Shown: positions 1 to 13,964, numbered from the stretch's first letter. The stretch: DNA of 64,000 nucleotides from Octopus vulgaris (GCA_951406725.2 OX597814.1:62558001-62622000), one strand, 5' to 3'. The notes: generated from the sequence alone by a model not told the origin. Made by a program: numbers and translations.

Positions 1-1174
1 TTAAATGAGCCATTATGAATGATAAAAGAAACAGGAAATTTTATGATTCAATTTTTCATTAAGTAAGAAACACATTTTGATTATATCATTATGAGTTTAT
101 CTCCTTACATATACACACACACATATACGCACATACACACATGTTTATACTTGGATCATAAAACTCCACGTACCGTTTGATGTCTTTAACGCATTTCATT
201 GCCGCAAAAACACAAACAAAAGAAAAACAAAGGATAACGTCTTGAAATTTCTTTTGCATATGTTTTATTTAGCGACAAATTCAGCATCGAATATTGTATT
301 CTCTATTGAAATGATAACCATAACCGTAGAAACACCATGAGAGGTGTTTGTTGCATTGTAAGGCATCAAATACTAAAATTAATTGATCGAATATAATTAG
401 TTACTTACACCAAATATAGTAATACATTCTATCTCAGTCTCTCACCGGTCATAACTAATCAAATAATATCAAAGAGGTTTAAATTTACAAATATTTTCTA
501 CCGACTTAATCATGTAGATTGACCATGTAGACTGATCATGTAGATTGATACTCTTTTAGTCTTCCATTTAACCTAATGATGTCTTTTTCCTAAGATAAGT
601 TATCTTTATGACAATTTAAACTTTGGTTGGTAGAAGACATCCAATTCTTAAATTTCATTTAGTTATCAACATTCTTTGCTTTTAAGACCTATAATTTTTT
701 GACCAGCAAAATTGATCCACGAATAATCCAGCACCCGTTTAAAAATGTATTGTAATGCTGCAGCAATTGCAATTCTAACATTCTAGGATATGTTTCGGAA
801 ACAAGATTTCCACAATATTACTGTCCAGAAAGCTATTAAACAGATACATAACGTTTATTGCATACAGTTCTGTATAAGAAGACAAATATATGAATTTCTG
901 ATAATCATCGAAACTGAAAAATCTTAGAATCTTCGGGAACAATATTTCTCAGTTATTACAAGTAACCATGATTTACGTTCATACTAACACACTTTGATAG
1001 AAGAGTTAATGGATGCATATTAATTGTGAAGATTCTTCTATCATATCCTTTTGAAGCCGTGTATACATCATAACATAACAGTGTAATTATTTTACGTCGC
1101 TTACATTGATGTTCTCAATGTTTTGTTCAAGAATATAAAAGGAATATCAATTCTGTATGGAATACCAGAAATAA

Positions 1175-1316
1175 CATATACATACATACATACATACATA
1201 CATACATACATACATACATACATACATACATACATACATACATACATACATACATACACACATACATACATACATACTCACACACATACATACATACTCA
1301 CACGCATACAAACGTG

Positions 1317-1380
<64 letters not shown>

Positions 1381-1470
1381 CATCCCCATGGCTGCCTGCT
1401 TGCCTGCCTGTCTGCCTGTCTGCCTGTCTGCCTGTCTGTCTGTCGGTCTGCCTGTCTGTCTACCTGTCTA
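1175..1470. repeat. Compound microsatellite (CATA)n-(TATC)n-(CTGC/CTGT)n
   Basis: Directly visible; explains ORFs 1123..1503 and 1314..1577. Confidence 0.95.
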
Positions 1471-1934
1471 TATACGCTAACTACCGGCTTGTTCAGCCAC
1501 TGAGGGAATCTTTGCTTTCTAGCGTTTACACACACACACACACACACATGCGCGCGCGCACATACACACTAACATAAATGTATACATACATATGTATAAA
1601 TGTACTGAAAGTTAGCAATGACTTGCAGTAGCAAAAGTTGAGCTGCTGCGAAGATGAACACGAGAAGCTGGACTTGCAGTGGTAAAAACAAAGTAGGATG
1701 TCGAAATGAGTTGACCACCACACCTGCGACGAAAAAGGACGTCGAAATATCAACAAATCTGGGATTTGAAACTTCCATATGTAAACTGGTTGAAATGCTG
1801 TTTCAGGTTGAAATATATTTTAGATGCTTCGAGAAACTTAGTAAAGGGAGGTTACTGTATAATATTTCTTGCAAGGAAGATCCTTCAACTGTCTAGCTGC
1901 CGCTACACAAACTTGTAGACTATGTAAAAAGTGG

Positions 1935-2365
1935 ATCAAAAAGCAAGACATTGTTATTTCGGACAGACAAGGAAAATTATGTACTATCACAGAACTCAGC
2001 TGCTCTGCTGATGTGAATATCTTTTCGAAAATCAAAGAGAAAAAGGATAACTAAGCACAGTTACTTCGAAACATCCAGTTTCCATTCCCAGATTATATAT
2101 TCACATTCATACCAATAATAATAGTGCACTTGGTTTGGTGAGTAAATGCCTACATGACAAACTGGATTAGCTAGGGTTTTCGGAAAAAGAAATCAACCAG
2201 ATAATTCGCACATTACAAATACAATCAGTAAGCGGAACGGTAAAACATGTAAGACACTTCTCAAGTTTAAAATGTTGACTTCCTTTGTTATCTACAAATG
2301 GAACTTTGTACCTTTGTTAGAAAACAGTTCCTTTTTTACAGGTACACTTCAAATAATTGAAAACA
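1935..2365 (+). mobile_element. R4/Dong-like non-LTR retrotransposon, 3' fragment (restriction-like endonuclease C-terminus)
   Basis: Translates across stops as KQDIVISDRQGKLCTITELSCSADVNIFSKIKEKKDN*AQLLRNIQFPFPDYIFTFIPIII..LQIQSV, colinear with the RLE domain at 42390-42720. Confidence 0.75.
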
Positions 2366-3479
2366 AAATAGAACATACATACATACATACATACATACAT
2401 ACATACATACATACATACATACATAGATACAGTCGGCAAAGAGAAACTAGGAGTAGTGACGAGATGGACCTTTGCTTGAATAAATAGTTGCTTCGAGACA
2501 TTTGTAACACACTATGCATTAACCTGGTGAGCACCGCAGAAAAGTCCAGCTTTAAATCTGCTAGTTCACTTATCCTTGCCTCTGAATATCTTTGTTTTTA
2601 ACCTAAGAGCATTGTAACTAATCAGAAAAAAACTTCCTCTCTCGCCGTACTAAAATTTATGCGCTAATAAACGAGTTATTGAGTGTTCTTGACGCTATTA
2701 GTTACGTGACCAGATCCCGTGAATAGTTGAGGACAGAACTACAATGTAACAAATTTCAATTATCTTCTTATTGTTAACTCATTCCAAATGTTTCCCTTAT
2801 ATATTTACAGTTAGACAGGCTTGTTTAGTGAAAGCTAAGAGTATTTGATTAATGAATAATGCAGCATCTGAGATGGATGATAGACCATTGATTAACCAAT
2901 ACATTACTTGCTATTCTTGTTTGGCCAGTTAGAAAGCTTCTAAGTAGACTTTCGATTTGTTAAAAAAAGCAGCTAAATCACATTCAAATCACAGTGCCAT
3001 CTTAAAAAGAGGGGGAAAAACTCTATGCTTGAAAAACTACGTATCAATGGTATGGTTTTGATCAAAGGTTTGTTCGAGCAGGTTCGATTGAATTAATAGG
3101 TTATATTCACAACAATGACAGCAATAACCGCAAAAAGCCACAATAGCCGCAACATCAGGATTGAGTACAGATTTCTAAAATTATTATTCTAATTATTAGA
3201 AACTCCAGAATATTTATAGAATTGTAGTTATTTAACGTAATACATTTCCAGCAAAGATGCCTGCATTTCTCATCAAGCATCAAACCTTGAAGATTTACTG
3301 GACGTTCGGGCTAAATTTGACAGTTTGCATAAAAGGAAAAAAAACCCCACAGTATCCCATCCAAAAATAAAAGTATTTAAAAAAAATCAAAAGATCAACT
3401 AGATAATAGTTGGGAAATAACAGTTTACTCAATGTAGCCGCCCTCAGCTTTCACCACAGCCGTTTTGAGGCTGTGGTTG

Positions 3480-3760
3480 AAGCTGATAATATATAAGATT
3501 ACAATCAGGGGAATTATTAGGCCAGAAATTGGGGCGGAAATTCTCCGTCAACCACTTCTGATTCTTTCTGGAGGTATGGCACAGAACAGAATGCATCTGA
3601 CACACACATGGCCTTCCAACAGCAACCATCCGTTTGACTACAGTTCCCAGCAGCTTCACATAACCGTCTGAATCATACATAGTGCCTGTTCGAAGATGTT
3701 GGGCAGTATGACGTCACCCTCACTGGAGACATACATAAAGACCATCATAACGGTTTTGTA
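3480..3760 (-). mobile_element. maT/DD37D-type Tc1-mariner transposase fragment
   Basis: MVFMYVSSEGDVILPNIFEQ..GRPCVCQMHSVLCHTSRKNQKWLTENF..WPNNSPDCN, related to the 34442-35319 element. Confidence 0.7.
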
Positions 3761-4730
3761 GTCTCCGTTGTGGCTGTCCATGTCATGTCTTACATAGAAT
3801 TTCAGATTAGCACTGAAAATTTATTTATTAATTAAACGTGTATCAGCATGGCCGCAGCTATGAGCTGAAACTACAGCAAATATAAAAAAAGAGTTCATAC
3901 TGAGGATCAGCTATATTTCTTGTTGTTCATGTTTGTTTTTTGCGATCCAATTTATTGAATGTTGAATGTTTTTCGTAAAGGGGACGGATACGAACAAGCA
4001 AGTCACCGCCAATAGATTTGTATCTTGGTGTTTTGACCAGTTGGCAATTTCTATTCTGTGTACAACGATCACTTTATAGTGCCTTTCAAAGGAAGGACAA
4101 TTATACATAGAAATCACATAGACAGATAGTCAATCTCGAAAATGTATTTCCATGACGACAGTCTCATTATTATTCAAATGTTGAACTATCACAAATTCCT
4201 GATATTTGAAATGGATTTCTACTGACAACTTGATTGGGGCTAAAAAAAAAAAACGCTAAACAAATTATCTCACAAATTTAGCTGTTTTAATAAGTTTTCT
4301 CTCTGTTATACATAAAAATAATTAAAACAACAAAAATCATGACAAATAAAACAAATTTTTTACAAGTATTATGTTGATTATATAGATTATATATTGAATT
4401 CTAGCAAGGTCTTAGGTTAATTCAGCGCAGCAATGTAATTTACATTATAAATGTGCACTGATATATTAACAAATGCATCAGGAAGCAGGAACGCTTTCAT
4501 ATATAATTTATTACAAACAGATATTTATAATAACTTCCTCAAAGCTGATTCCATCACATGGTTGAAGCCAGGAGAACTTAGAAATTATTTATGCATATAT
4601 GCATACATACATATTCTTACATACATGTATGCAAACATACATACATACGCAAGGGCGCGCGTGCACACACACATACGATCGTGCATCCACACACACACGG
4701 GTAGAGCGTGCACACACACGCACACACGCG

Positions 4731-4775
<45 letters not shown>

Positions 4776-6874
4776 ATGTACTTTTTTATTAATTCATAGT
4801 CCAAAGGAGAGAGCTAGTGTCTAGGTTTTCTTAGATTGTCAAGATTGATATTCAACTTCAGCTCGTAAAGGGAATGTATGAGCAGAGATCTGTTACAAGA
4901 GAAAGGATTGCGTGTAGAGTTTACAATGGATTTGAAACTGGAGTTGGGGAGTGAAAGTAAAATACGTAGTACTGTAGATGAAATTCTTAGAGATGTATAG
5001 TAACTATTTCTTCCTAATGTTGGATGCAGCTTGCTGTACTGACGCTTCACAACGTGTCTTAGGCATTTTTTACACATGTATCTCATGGGCAATTGTGATA
5101 GAAGAGCAAATGAAAATTGCAGCAAAAGAAATAATGATGTTACGTTTGTGAATATGTATTCCAAGTGAGAATATATAATTGATTTTACTTGAAAATAGTT
5201 TCCTTTCTAGTGTGTAGCATATTTTAAAGAATCTATACTAGAGGATGGTTGATTCTTGATATTCAGTTTGTATTCAATTTGGTTAGAGAATGTGTGGTTT
5301 CATATATTGAAAGTAAGTGAGAGACTTAGAAATCAACATTACGATGCTATGGCTAAAAGGCATACGCAAAAATCTGCAGTTTTAAATCCAAATTTACCCT
5401 AGAGAAGGAATTTATATCGTCAAATGAATTAATTAACACATTTACTTTGCTGAATTTTGTCACGAACGTACCCTAAAATCCACACCACTAAATATAATTC
5501 CAGGTATTTGTACAGACGACAATCAATCAGACGAGAATACTCCAAGGATGAATAAAATTCAACATAATCAAAATCTGACTTGTAGATGCATGCAATTACA
5601 TAGATTCTAATCCAAATAATATTTTCAACCAAGGCTCCATGCGTTACAAATATTTCTTTTGGAAACTTTGATTAAAACATCTAAAATATTCAAGCCATTG
5701 GCGTAAATATTCCTCTGGCGTAATACACCCATCAACTGCGCACATTAATTTTTAATTTCTTTCTGTTGAAATCCTGTTTATTGCAACTTTAGGATGGCAA
5801 TGTTAGATTATGTAAAGAAACCAACCTGTCTACTTTATTCTATGACTTACAGGGATTTAGATTTACTTGCTTGAAGGATTACTTTTGTTTAAACCACTGC
5901 TGAAAGTAACTATTGTGAACCTACGCTTTCCTCCAAGTATCGAGGTTTTGCTTCCAAAAACAGTTATTGACAAAATAAGTGAACATAGGCTGACGTGTGG
6001 GTCGTGTGTTGTTGCTTCAAAAAATTTTCTTTGATACCTGCATTCAAGTTTCTTTTCTTTGAAGATAATCTAATACATAACATTGTTATTACTTCCTACT
6101 ACTTTTGAAAATAATCATATAAAGGTAAACTTTTCGATGCAACTGTCTATAAATGATATTTTTGACAAGAATGAACATACGTGACTATTTCAATGCAATT
6201 TAGCATAGAAGAATTGGTTGAAATGTCAAACGGTGCATTCGTTGTAATTTTGCTATTAACATATATTAAAAAAATGTACATATACGAAATTTCATTTTTC
6301 TGACTATGCGGGGAAAAATTGTCACGTTTGTACATGCACGCAACCTTTAATTTAGAGAATGCAAATGTAGAAATTTCGATTGCTAATGCACCAAAAGGAT
6401 GAAATTATTCTCAATATGATGTATTTTCAGTATTGTTTACAATAGAACGTGAGTAAAACTTTCAACACCTCTTTAATAGTCCACAACCTCTCAGGGTTAT
6501 ATATATGTACTCAAAAACTTGTATCGATTGAAAATAGACGGAATTTTGAAGAAACTGCAAATAAATGAATTGTCGAACGCGCTTATATAACATGACTGTA
6601 CATGTCGCACATCTGCATGTTCAAAATTGCATCAGCTTTACTCAAACCTGCACGCAAATGTTACCTGATAGAGCACGCACAAAACTAAATTACGCCCGCG
6701 GTTTAATACGTGCAAAATATTTTGATACAATTGAAAATTATGGAAGATTTCTCCAGAGTGACTATGTAAAAATTTATGTGCATCATTTAAAATTTTGATG
6801 TGACGGTAGATGTGCAGAAAATTCAAAATAGTTAGACATTTCTGAAAGCTTTGATGCGCGCGCGCTTTGTGTGA

Positions 6875-6919
<45 letters not shown>

Positions 6920-6920
<1 letters not shown>

Positions 6921-7572
6921 TAGCAGCTAAGCCCGGTTTCACCCGTTCGGTTTGGATGATGTGGCTGTAAAACCTGTTCTGTGTAAGCATTCGACTTGTT
7001 TGGACACGCTTACGTTAAAAAAACAATTTTAGAATGACATTTTTTCTGTCAAAACGCTAAAAATAACTGACCAACAAAAAAATTCAAGATTCAAGATTCA
7101 ACCAATTCAAAAAATCGAAATACTAAGCGAACAAAGATGAACCACCCCACTTCCATTGCGTGCACACGCATACATAAACGCATACACGCACACACATACA
7201 CACATGCACACTCACACACACACTCACATACCTCCCCTTTTGCATACACACACATATATTCACTCAAAGTTGAAACGCTGCTTGATTTATTTTTTTCAGC
7301 GTACAACTTTCATCACCACACTACCAAGTATGACACCACCCCTTCCTTCCTTATTCATCTATCACCCCTTTCTTTTTCATTCATAAACACAAGTGTATTA
7401 TTATAGTATATTATCTCGGTAACCATGGGAGCTATGAAAAAATACAAAACCCAGCATCACCACCGGATCATTCTACACATCTGTTGTAATTTTTCGGTCA
7501 ATTCCACCCAGCCGTTTGACCGTGAATCCCAAGACAAGAAAGAATCGCCCATGTCAAATTACTATGTATATG
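6920..7572 (-). mobile_element. Putative non-autonomous Helitron
   Basis: Begins a-CTAG on + at 6919-6923 (Helitron 3' CTAG/T on minus) followed by a GC-rich imperfect hairpin; internal CA repeats; 5' TC end is eroded. Confidence 0.5.
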
Positions 7573-7610
7573 TATATGTATACACACACATATATTTATA
7601 TACACACACA

Positions 7611-7722
<112 letters not shown>

Positions 7723-7723
7723 T

Positions 7724-8118
7724 TAGAAGGCATACAAGGCGCCTATTTACTAGAAAGAGCAGGTAAATCCTCAACTAAACCACCGAATTAAACTGAAATA
7801 CACAACGGATCAACAGAAATCAGGCAAGCGAGTAAAGATTAACAAAATCATCACAGCTCAAGCTATAGAATGAAGAATCGGATATACTTGGATCCTGATT
7901 TCGAATTCTGGCTACGGCATTAATTCTCCTCAGCAAGCAAGAATTAAGGCTATAGCCACAATTCGAAATAATGATCCAGGTATATCCGATTCTTCATTCT
8001 ACAGCTTGAGCTGTGAGGATTTTACTTTTAGTCGATTGCCCGATTTCTGATTAATTCGGTGGTTTACTTGAGGATTTAGCTCGTCTATCAAGCAACTAGG
8101 CGCCTCGTGTGCTCTCTA
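7724..8118. mobile_element. Fully palindromic fold-back MITE (~395 bp)
   Basis: Arms are reverse complements throughout, e.g. tagaatgaagaatcggatata / tatatccgattcttcattcta and aaaccaccgaattaa / ttaattcggtggttt; centre near 7935. Confidence 0.85.
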
Positions 8119-8519
8119 TTATTATAAATGTTATTCTCTAGCTATTTTACGCTATTATTGCTTGCTACCACCTATATCTTTATTGATATTATTATCAATT
8201 ATTTATATTTGCCGCTGACAGTAATAACAAAAAAAAAATAAAAATTCGTTTGAATAATTACTCATATATATATATATATATATATATGAATTTGGTGCGG
8301 GACAATTTAGACCGCCACGGATTCCAACGTTTTTCATACGGTGATGCTTGCTGAGGAGTAGTAAGGCCGTAGCTGTGCTGGCTGGTTGACAGGGGGAACA
8401 AATACCACAGTAAGACGTCTTTTGACATACCATTTCAATTCTCCAACTGAAAGGCACTTCTTTCCACTGGTTGCACATGTTCTATTGTGAACAATCGCCA
8501 TATCACAAATTACAAGGCG

Positions 8520-9560
8520 TTGATTGAGTCATGCAACCTGGTCAGCCAGGTTGCATGACTCAAGCATTTCTTCCCACAAATTACACACTTAAAAAGCATC
8601 ACTCACTCATGTTTTACATGTTCATTCTTTCTAAGCCTTCTCTTGATCTTATGCTTCATTCTCTCTCTTTCAAACTTCGAACAACCACTGTGCACTCTTT
8701 TCCGCAACTCATTTCAGTCTTGTGCCACCCTCTCCTAATCAACTACCGAAACACCTGTCTGTGTCAGACCAATTCTGAAGCAGTCCTTGAACCTCATGTT
8801 TTGGCCTCCTATCATCTTCCAGCTCACCATACAAAAGTTGTTCAGGAAGTCTTTGATTATTCATTCTCACCAGATGTCCATCCCGTCTCAAATGACTTTG
8901 CAGAATCATCTATTCAACACGCCTACTACTACTTCTATCAAGAGTCTTTACTTCACTGATCGTTATTTTCCAGTTAATCCCAAGAATTTTCCATAGACAA
9001 TATTGATGCTATCGTTCCAAGTGCTTTAAATGCCTACGATAAACAACCCATGTCGCACTTCCATAGAGCAACGATAGCACATGTGCTATAAACCCTAACT
9101 TTAATTTGGAAAGATGCACTATAACGCGACCAGAAACGCTTATCAAGCTTACCAAAAGCACTACTAGCCTTGCTGATTCTATACAGAATTTCATCATCAA
9201 ATCCTGTAGTGCTCAAAGTACTTCCTAAATAAATGAATTTAGTTACAGCTTCCACCTTTTGTCCAGTCCACACACAGTTTCATATAAAGTTTAGAGGGTT
9301 AGGTTGTACATCCGAACATTTTTCTTTAAGTCGATTGTAAGGTCCACTGCTGTACATGTTGCAAAAATCGTATTCAGCATGTATTGCATATCTTCCTGAG
9401 AATGTGCTAACAAGTCACAATCATCTGCATAAAGAACTCAATGATGCGAGAATGAAGAACTTTCGTTTTAGCAAGTCGTTTGAAGTTGAAGAGTTTTCTC
9501 ACTGTCCTATATAAGATATAGGACAATCTTCAGCACAATCTTCGAAAGCTATTTGAAAGA
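8520..9560 (-). mobile_element. RTE-clade LINE, 3' part, decayed
   Basis: Reverse-transcriptase LYADD-like region near 9430, EAVTKFIYLGSTLS..RISKASSAFGKL..LLYGSATW, GHLVRMNNQRLPEQLLYGEL, terminal CVICGKKC. Confidence 0.85.
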
Positions 9561-9949
9561 CTATTGTAAAATACAGAGTAAACAAGGTAGGAACAGGAAT
9601 ATCACCGTTTTAACCATATATATATACTTTATTAATAAAGTTGTAAATACATTACAAAATCTGTTACTCAGAGTTTCACGTCCCCGTGCGTTGGACGGTT
9701 TTGGTTGAAAATGGAACAAAAATAAGGTTATATGCTTAACTATACAATTACATTGATAAATATACATTTGAAAATGGTCTTGTTTTATTGGTCCTTTCAG
9801 CTAACGGTTTTTTCAATATGTTTTATATTCTTGTGAGCTATTTGTACTTTAGCTTGACATTTTCCATGAAAAAGGAATAGTTTATAGAGCTAAAGTACAA
9901 GCAGATGACTCACAAGAATATAAAACATACGCAGGAGCTTCTGAAAATT

Positions 9950-10235
9950 CGTTAAAGACTAGGTCTTACTCCCACCGAAATTCTTTTCGAAACCTCGAAA
10001 ACAGGATAGCAACAAGTCTTGCAATTGAAGAAACGTGACACCCGTCCTTTCGATATCAGCTGGACAATTTTGGAGAAAGCAGCACCATATAAACATGGAG
10101 CATATAGACGACCAATGAAATGTAATCTTCGCCTCTCGAGAAAACTTTTCCTCCTGTTCCAGAATGATCATGCATTGAATTAAAGACGAGAACTTTTAAA
10201 TTCCTGCATGCATGCTACGAGGTTTAAAATGTCAA
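9950..10235 (+). mobile_element. Penelope-like element, GIY-YIG C-terminal fragment
   Basis: LKTRSYSHRNSFRN..FDISWTILEKAAPY..KCNLRLSRK..LN*RRELLNSCMH matches the typical end of a PLE endonuclease. Confidence 0.7.
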
Positions 10236-10633
10236 CTAAAAAATACCGTATGGATAAACGTTTTTGATTCTTTTTGACTTTCGCATTTGAATTTGGCTTT
10301 TACGCCTAAATTATAGACATCTTTTATTTTATTACAATGCTGGTACATATATCGCCTTCAAATTTTACATTTGACTTTTAAGAAAGCCTTCGACTGTTCT
10401 GCAAATTTAAATTAAAATTTTGCCTAGGCTAAGTTTTTACTCATTTTTTACTCATTTTAATATTTAAATTTTAAATTATTACTTCAAATTTATGTATTTT
10501 AAAAACTTTATATATTTATATTACATTTAATTATATTATATTAATTTATTGTACAATTTTCTTATTTTGATATTCTATGCACCAGACAGTTTTTAAATAC
10601 ATCTGCATGCATATATACATTATGGTGTATATA

Positions 10634-11784
10634 CAGGGGTTGGACAAAATAATGGAATCACCTAGCATCACAGCATCATAATTTTGAAATATCTATAAAA
10701 CCGTCAAAGGCTTGTTTATTTTTATGTTTTTTGATTTATTATTAGTGTTGCTTAATATGTTTTGCTAAAATTGCTATTTCTTTTCAGATATCATCAGAAA
10801 AAGATAATTAGAATTCATTAAAATGATAGATCCAATGGACTTCCAAAGAGGTCAAATTGTTGGGGTTCGTATGGCAGGCGCTAGCGTAATGAAAACAGCT
10901 GAAATGTTTGGTGTTTTAAGAAGTACTGTCTCGAAAGTAATGGCAGCCTTTGAGAAGGAGTGAAAAACCTCCTCGTCGAAACAAAACTCCGGAAGGAAAC
11001 CAAAACTTTCAAATAGGGACCGTCGGACTCTTACGCAAATTGTTAGAAAGGATCACAAAAGTACAGCTCCCAAAATTACTGCAGAGCTTAATGACCACCT
11101 CGAGAACCCGTTTCCACAAATCCTGTTCACCGGGAGCTGCAAAAAGCTTGATTTCACGAGAGGGCTGCAATCAGAAAACCACTACTTTCAAAAACAAACG
11201 TTGCAAAGCGTTTACTTTATTTCCGACCACCGGTCGAGTATACGTGTGGAGACAGCCGAAAGAAGCATTTGACCCAGACTGCCTTTCTTCCAACTGTTAA
11301 ACATGGAGGAGGATCTGTGATGATCTTGGGTGTGTGTGTGTGCTATATCATGGAAATCCGCCGGTCCAATGGTTTTCCTTCATGGCAGAATTAATAGTCA
11401 AGACTATTTAAGCATTTTATCTTATCAAATTCATCCTATGGTTGCGGAACTGTTTCCAGAAAAAAACGCAATCTTTCAGGAAGATAATACAGCTAAAGTC
11501 GTTACTGAATGGCACGAGGAACATTCTAGTGAAGTTGAACATCTTATCTGGCCACTACAGTCCCCAGATCTCAATATTATTGAACATTTATGGTGCATTT
11601 TAGAAAAACAAGTAAGGAGTCAGTATCCTCCACCATCGCCACTACAAGAACTGGAGACTGTTTTAGCTGAAGAAGGGACGAAAATGCCTTTGGAAACAAT
11701 TCAAACTTTGTACGAGTCAATCCGTCGTAGAATTGAAGCTGTACCTCATATTAAAATAAATTTCCATTATTTTGTCCAACCCTG
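10634..11784 (+). mobile_element. Tc1-family DNA transposon, both ends present, inactive transposase
   Basis: TIRs CAGGG(G)TTGGACAAAATAATGGAA, TA on both sides; ATG at 10823 MIDPMDFQRGQIVG..SGRKPKL; C-terminal [15 protein letters not shown] (DD34E); stops and frameshifts. Confidence 0.95.
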
Positions 11785-11802
11785 TATGTATCTTGAGGTG
11801 AA

Positions 11803-11874
<72 letters not shown>

Positions 11875-12133
11875 CACACACACATGTATATATATATATA
11901 TTTATATATATATCTACGTATATATCAACGTATTTGTATATTTATGCATATGACCTTATTTTTGTTCCATTCTCAACCAAAACTGTCCGACGAACGGGAA
12001 GGTAAAACTCTGAGTAACAGCTTTTGTGATGTCTTTGCTGCTTATTAATAATGTATATAGTATATTACTCTACTTCCGGTATCCAAGTAATAATTTTTCC
12101 ACTTTGTTTCACATTTATATGATTACTCTGACG

Positions 12134-12166
<33 letters not shown>

Positions 12167-12275
12167 ATCACGTGACCGACCTGGCTATCAGATGTTGCTA
12201 CACATCTCTGATTACAATGCGCTTCGCATTGTTTTAGCCTTCAAATGACGCCACCTCGCTGGCTAAGCGAGCAGG

Positions 12276-12344
<69 letters not shown>

Positions 12345-12714
12345 CGAGAGAAAGAGATCTTGTTGAGAAAATGTCACTTCACTTCTTTGAAAAAAAAATT
12401 TCATACGATCACACATGAACAAAACTTTGCCAATCTTATTCCGAGACATAAAATTATCTGAAGTTATAATGTAAGAAAAAAAAAACTGAAGGACAGGAGT
12501 TGCAAAATATAGACTGGCAAAACGATTAGGTCTTAAGTAGGACAAACTTCTACATACAAATCCAAATCCCAACGGGAACGACTCGACCTTTCATAATTTC
12601 GGAATTCATGAAATATGTACCAGTTAATAAAATACCGATCTGATTAAATCGAGTTTGCCGTCAGCAACAAAGTTTACGCGCACACACACACACACGCACG
12701 CGCGCACACACAGA

Positions 12715-12794
<80 letters not shown>

Positions 12795-12937
12795 ACATAG
12801 TTGCTGAACGAATTTTTTAACCACGCAGCTTTGTCTCTGCCTATACATACATATATACATACATACATTACACATACATTTGTTTGTGTGTATATACAAA
12901 CACAAACACACACATATTTATGAACGATGTATGTATA

Positions 12938-13100
12938 GGCAGAGATAGAGCTGTGTGATATAAGAAGTTAGTTCCTTCAGCATCCACGTTATTCTAGTGT
13001 TAATCTCACTGCACGACACCACTGGGTTCTACTGTTGTCTCAGATTGGCCAATATCGTATAAGTGAAATTTGTTAAATAGTAACCATGCAAATCGCCATG
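12938..13100 (+). mobile_element. Degenerate SINE head (family of 46005-46412)
   Basis: ggcagagatagagctgtgtgatataagaag..ctcactgcacgacacc resembles the family 5' end. Confidence 0.5.
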
Positions 13101-13112
13101 AATTTATGCATA

Positions 13113-13964
13113 CGTAATCTGATCAATAAATATTCGATCTGTTGCCATAGTAAGGAAGCTAAAGAATGCAGAGTAAAACCGCTTGCTTGGCAAAGATTAT
13201 CTTGAATTCTGCCGTGCAGGCAAACTAAGTTGTAATGTTCTAGCTCACTTCCGCTGTTTACAGCAGTGCTTGGAAGGAAGGTGTGTAACGTGTTATCGTC
13301 GCACTGACCATGACAGAGAAAGTTGAGCAGATAATCTGCGTCAGATTTTGCCAAACGCTTGGCGATACCTGCTCGGAATCATATGCAAAGTTTTCAAAAA
13401 GTTTTCATCATTCTCAACACAACCAAGGAAATCTTGTGCAACTGAAACCCGAGTGTCATTTAGGTCAGCAGTTTTGGCACAAACTTGGCAGACAATGGAC
13501 TGAACTGAACCATAACTAATGGACTGAACTGAAACGTAACTAATCTTCACATCATCTGATAACTCACGGGCTGGGATTCGAAGATTTCCTCTCACAGCTG
13601 CATGTAGATTTCCCAGAACGTTGGTCTATATCGACATCTTTTCAACCATCTCTGAAACGTCTGAACATACTCGCACACTTGTGTGCAGCTCATACACTTC
13701 CCTCCATACACTTTCTGCATCTTTGCGCAGGTTTCTAAGCAGGTATCACCATGACAACATTCTCTGTCACGGTGAATGCAACGATCATACGCTACACACG
13801 TTCCTTCCAAGCACTGCTGTAAACTGGGGAAATGAGTTATTACGTTAAGAATTAGTGCACATGCGCAACAGAGTTCAAGGTCAATTTTTGCCGAGTGGCC
13901 TCACTATGCCTGCTTTAGCTTCATTACTATGGCAACCATCCGGATGGTTATTGATCAGACCTAG
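13113..13964. mobile_element. Mariner-derived fold-back element made of two inverted 5' ends
   Basis: TA-flanked ends tctgatcaataa..gttgccatagtaa.gaagctaaag on both sides; transposase N-terminus MTEKVEQIICVRFC on + (13310) and a longer N-terminus to ENDENFLKTL on -. Confidence 0.85.

Noticed and set aside
11330-11953. 207-aa ORF as an active transposase
   Set aside because: Only the C-terminal part, extended by (TA)n; the upstream frame has stops and frameshifts
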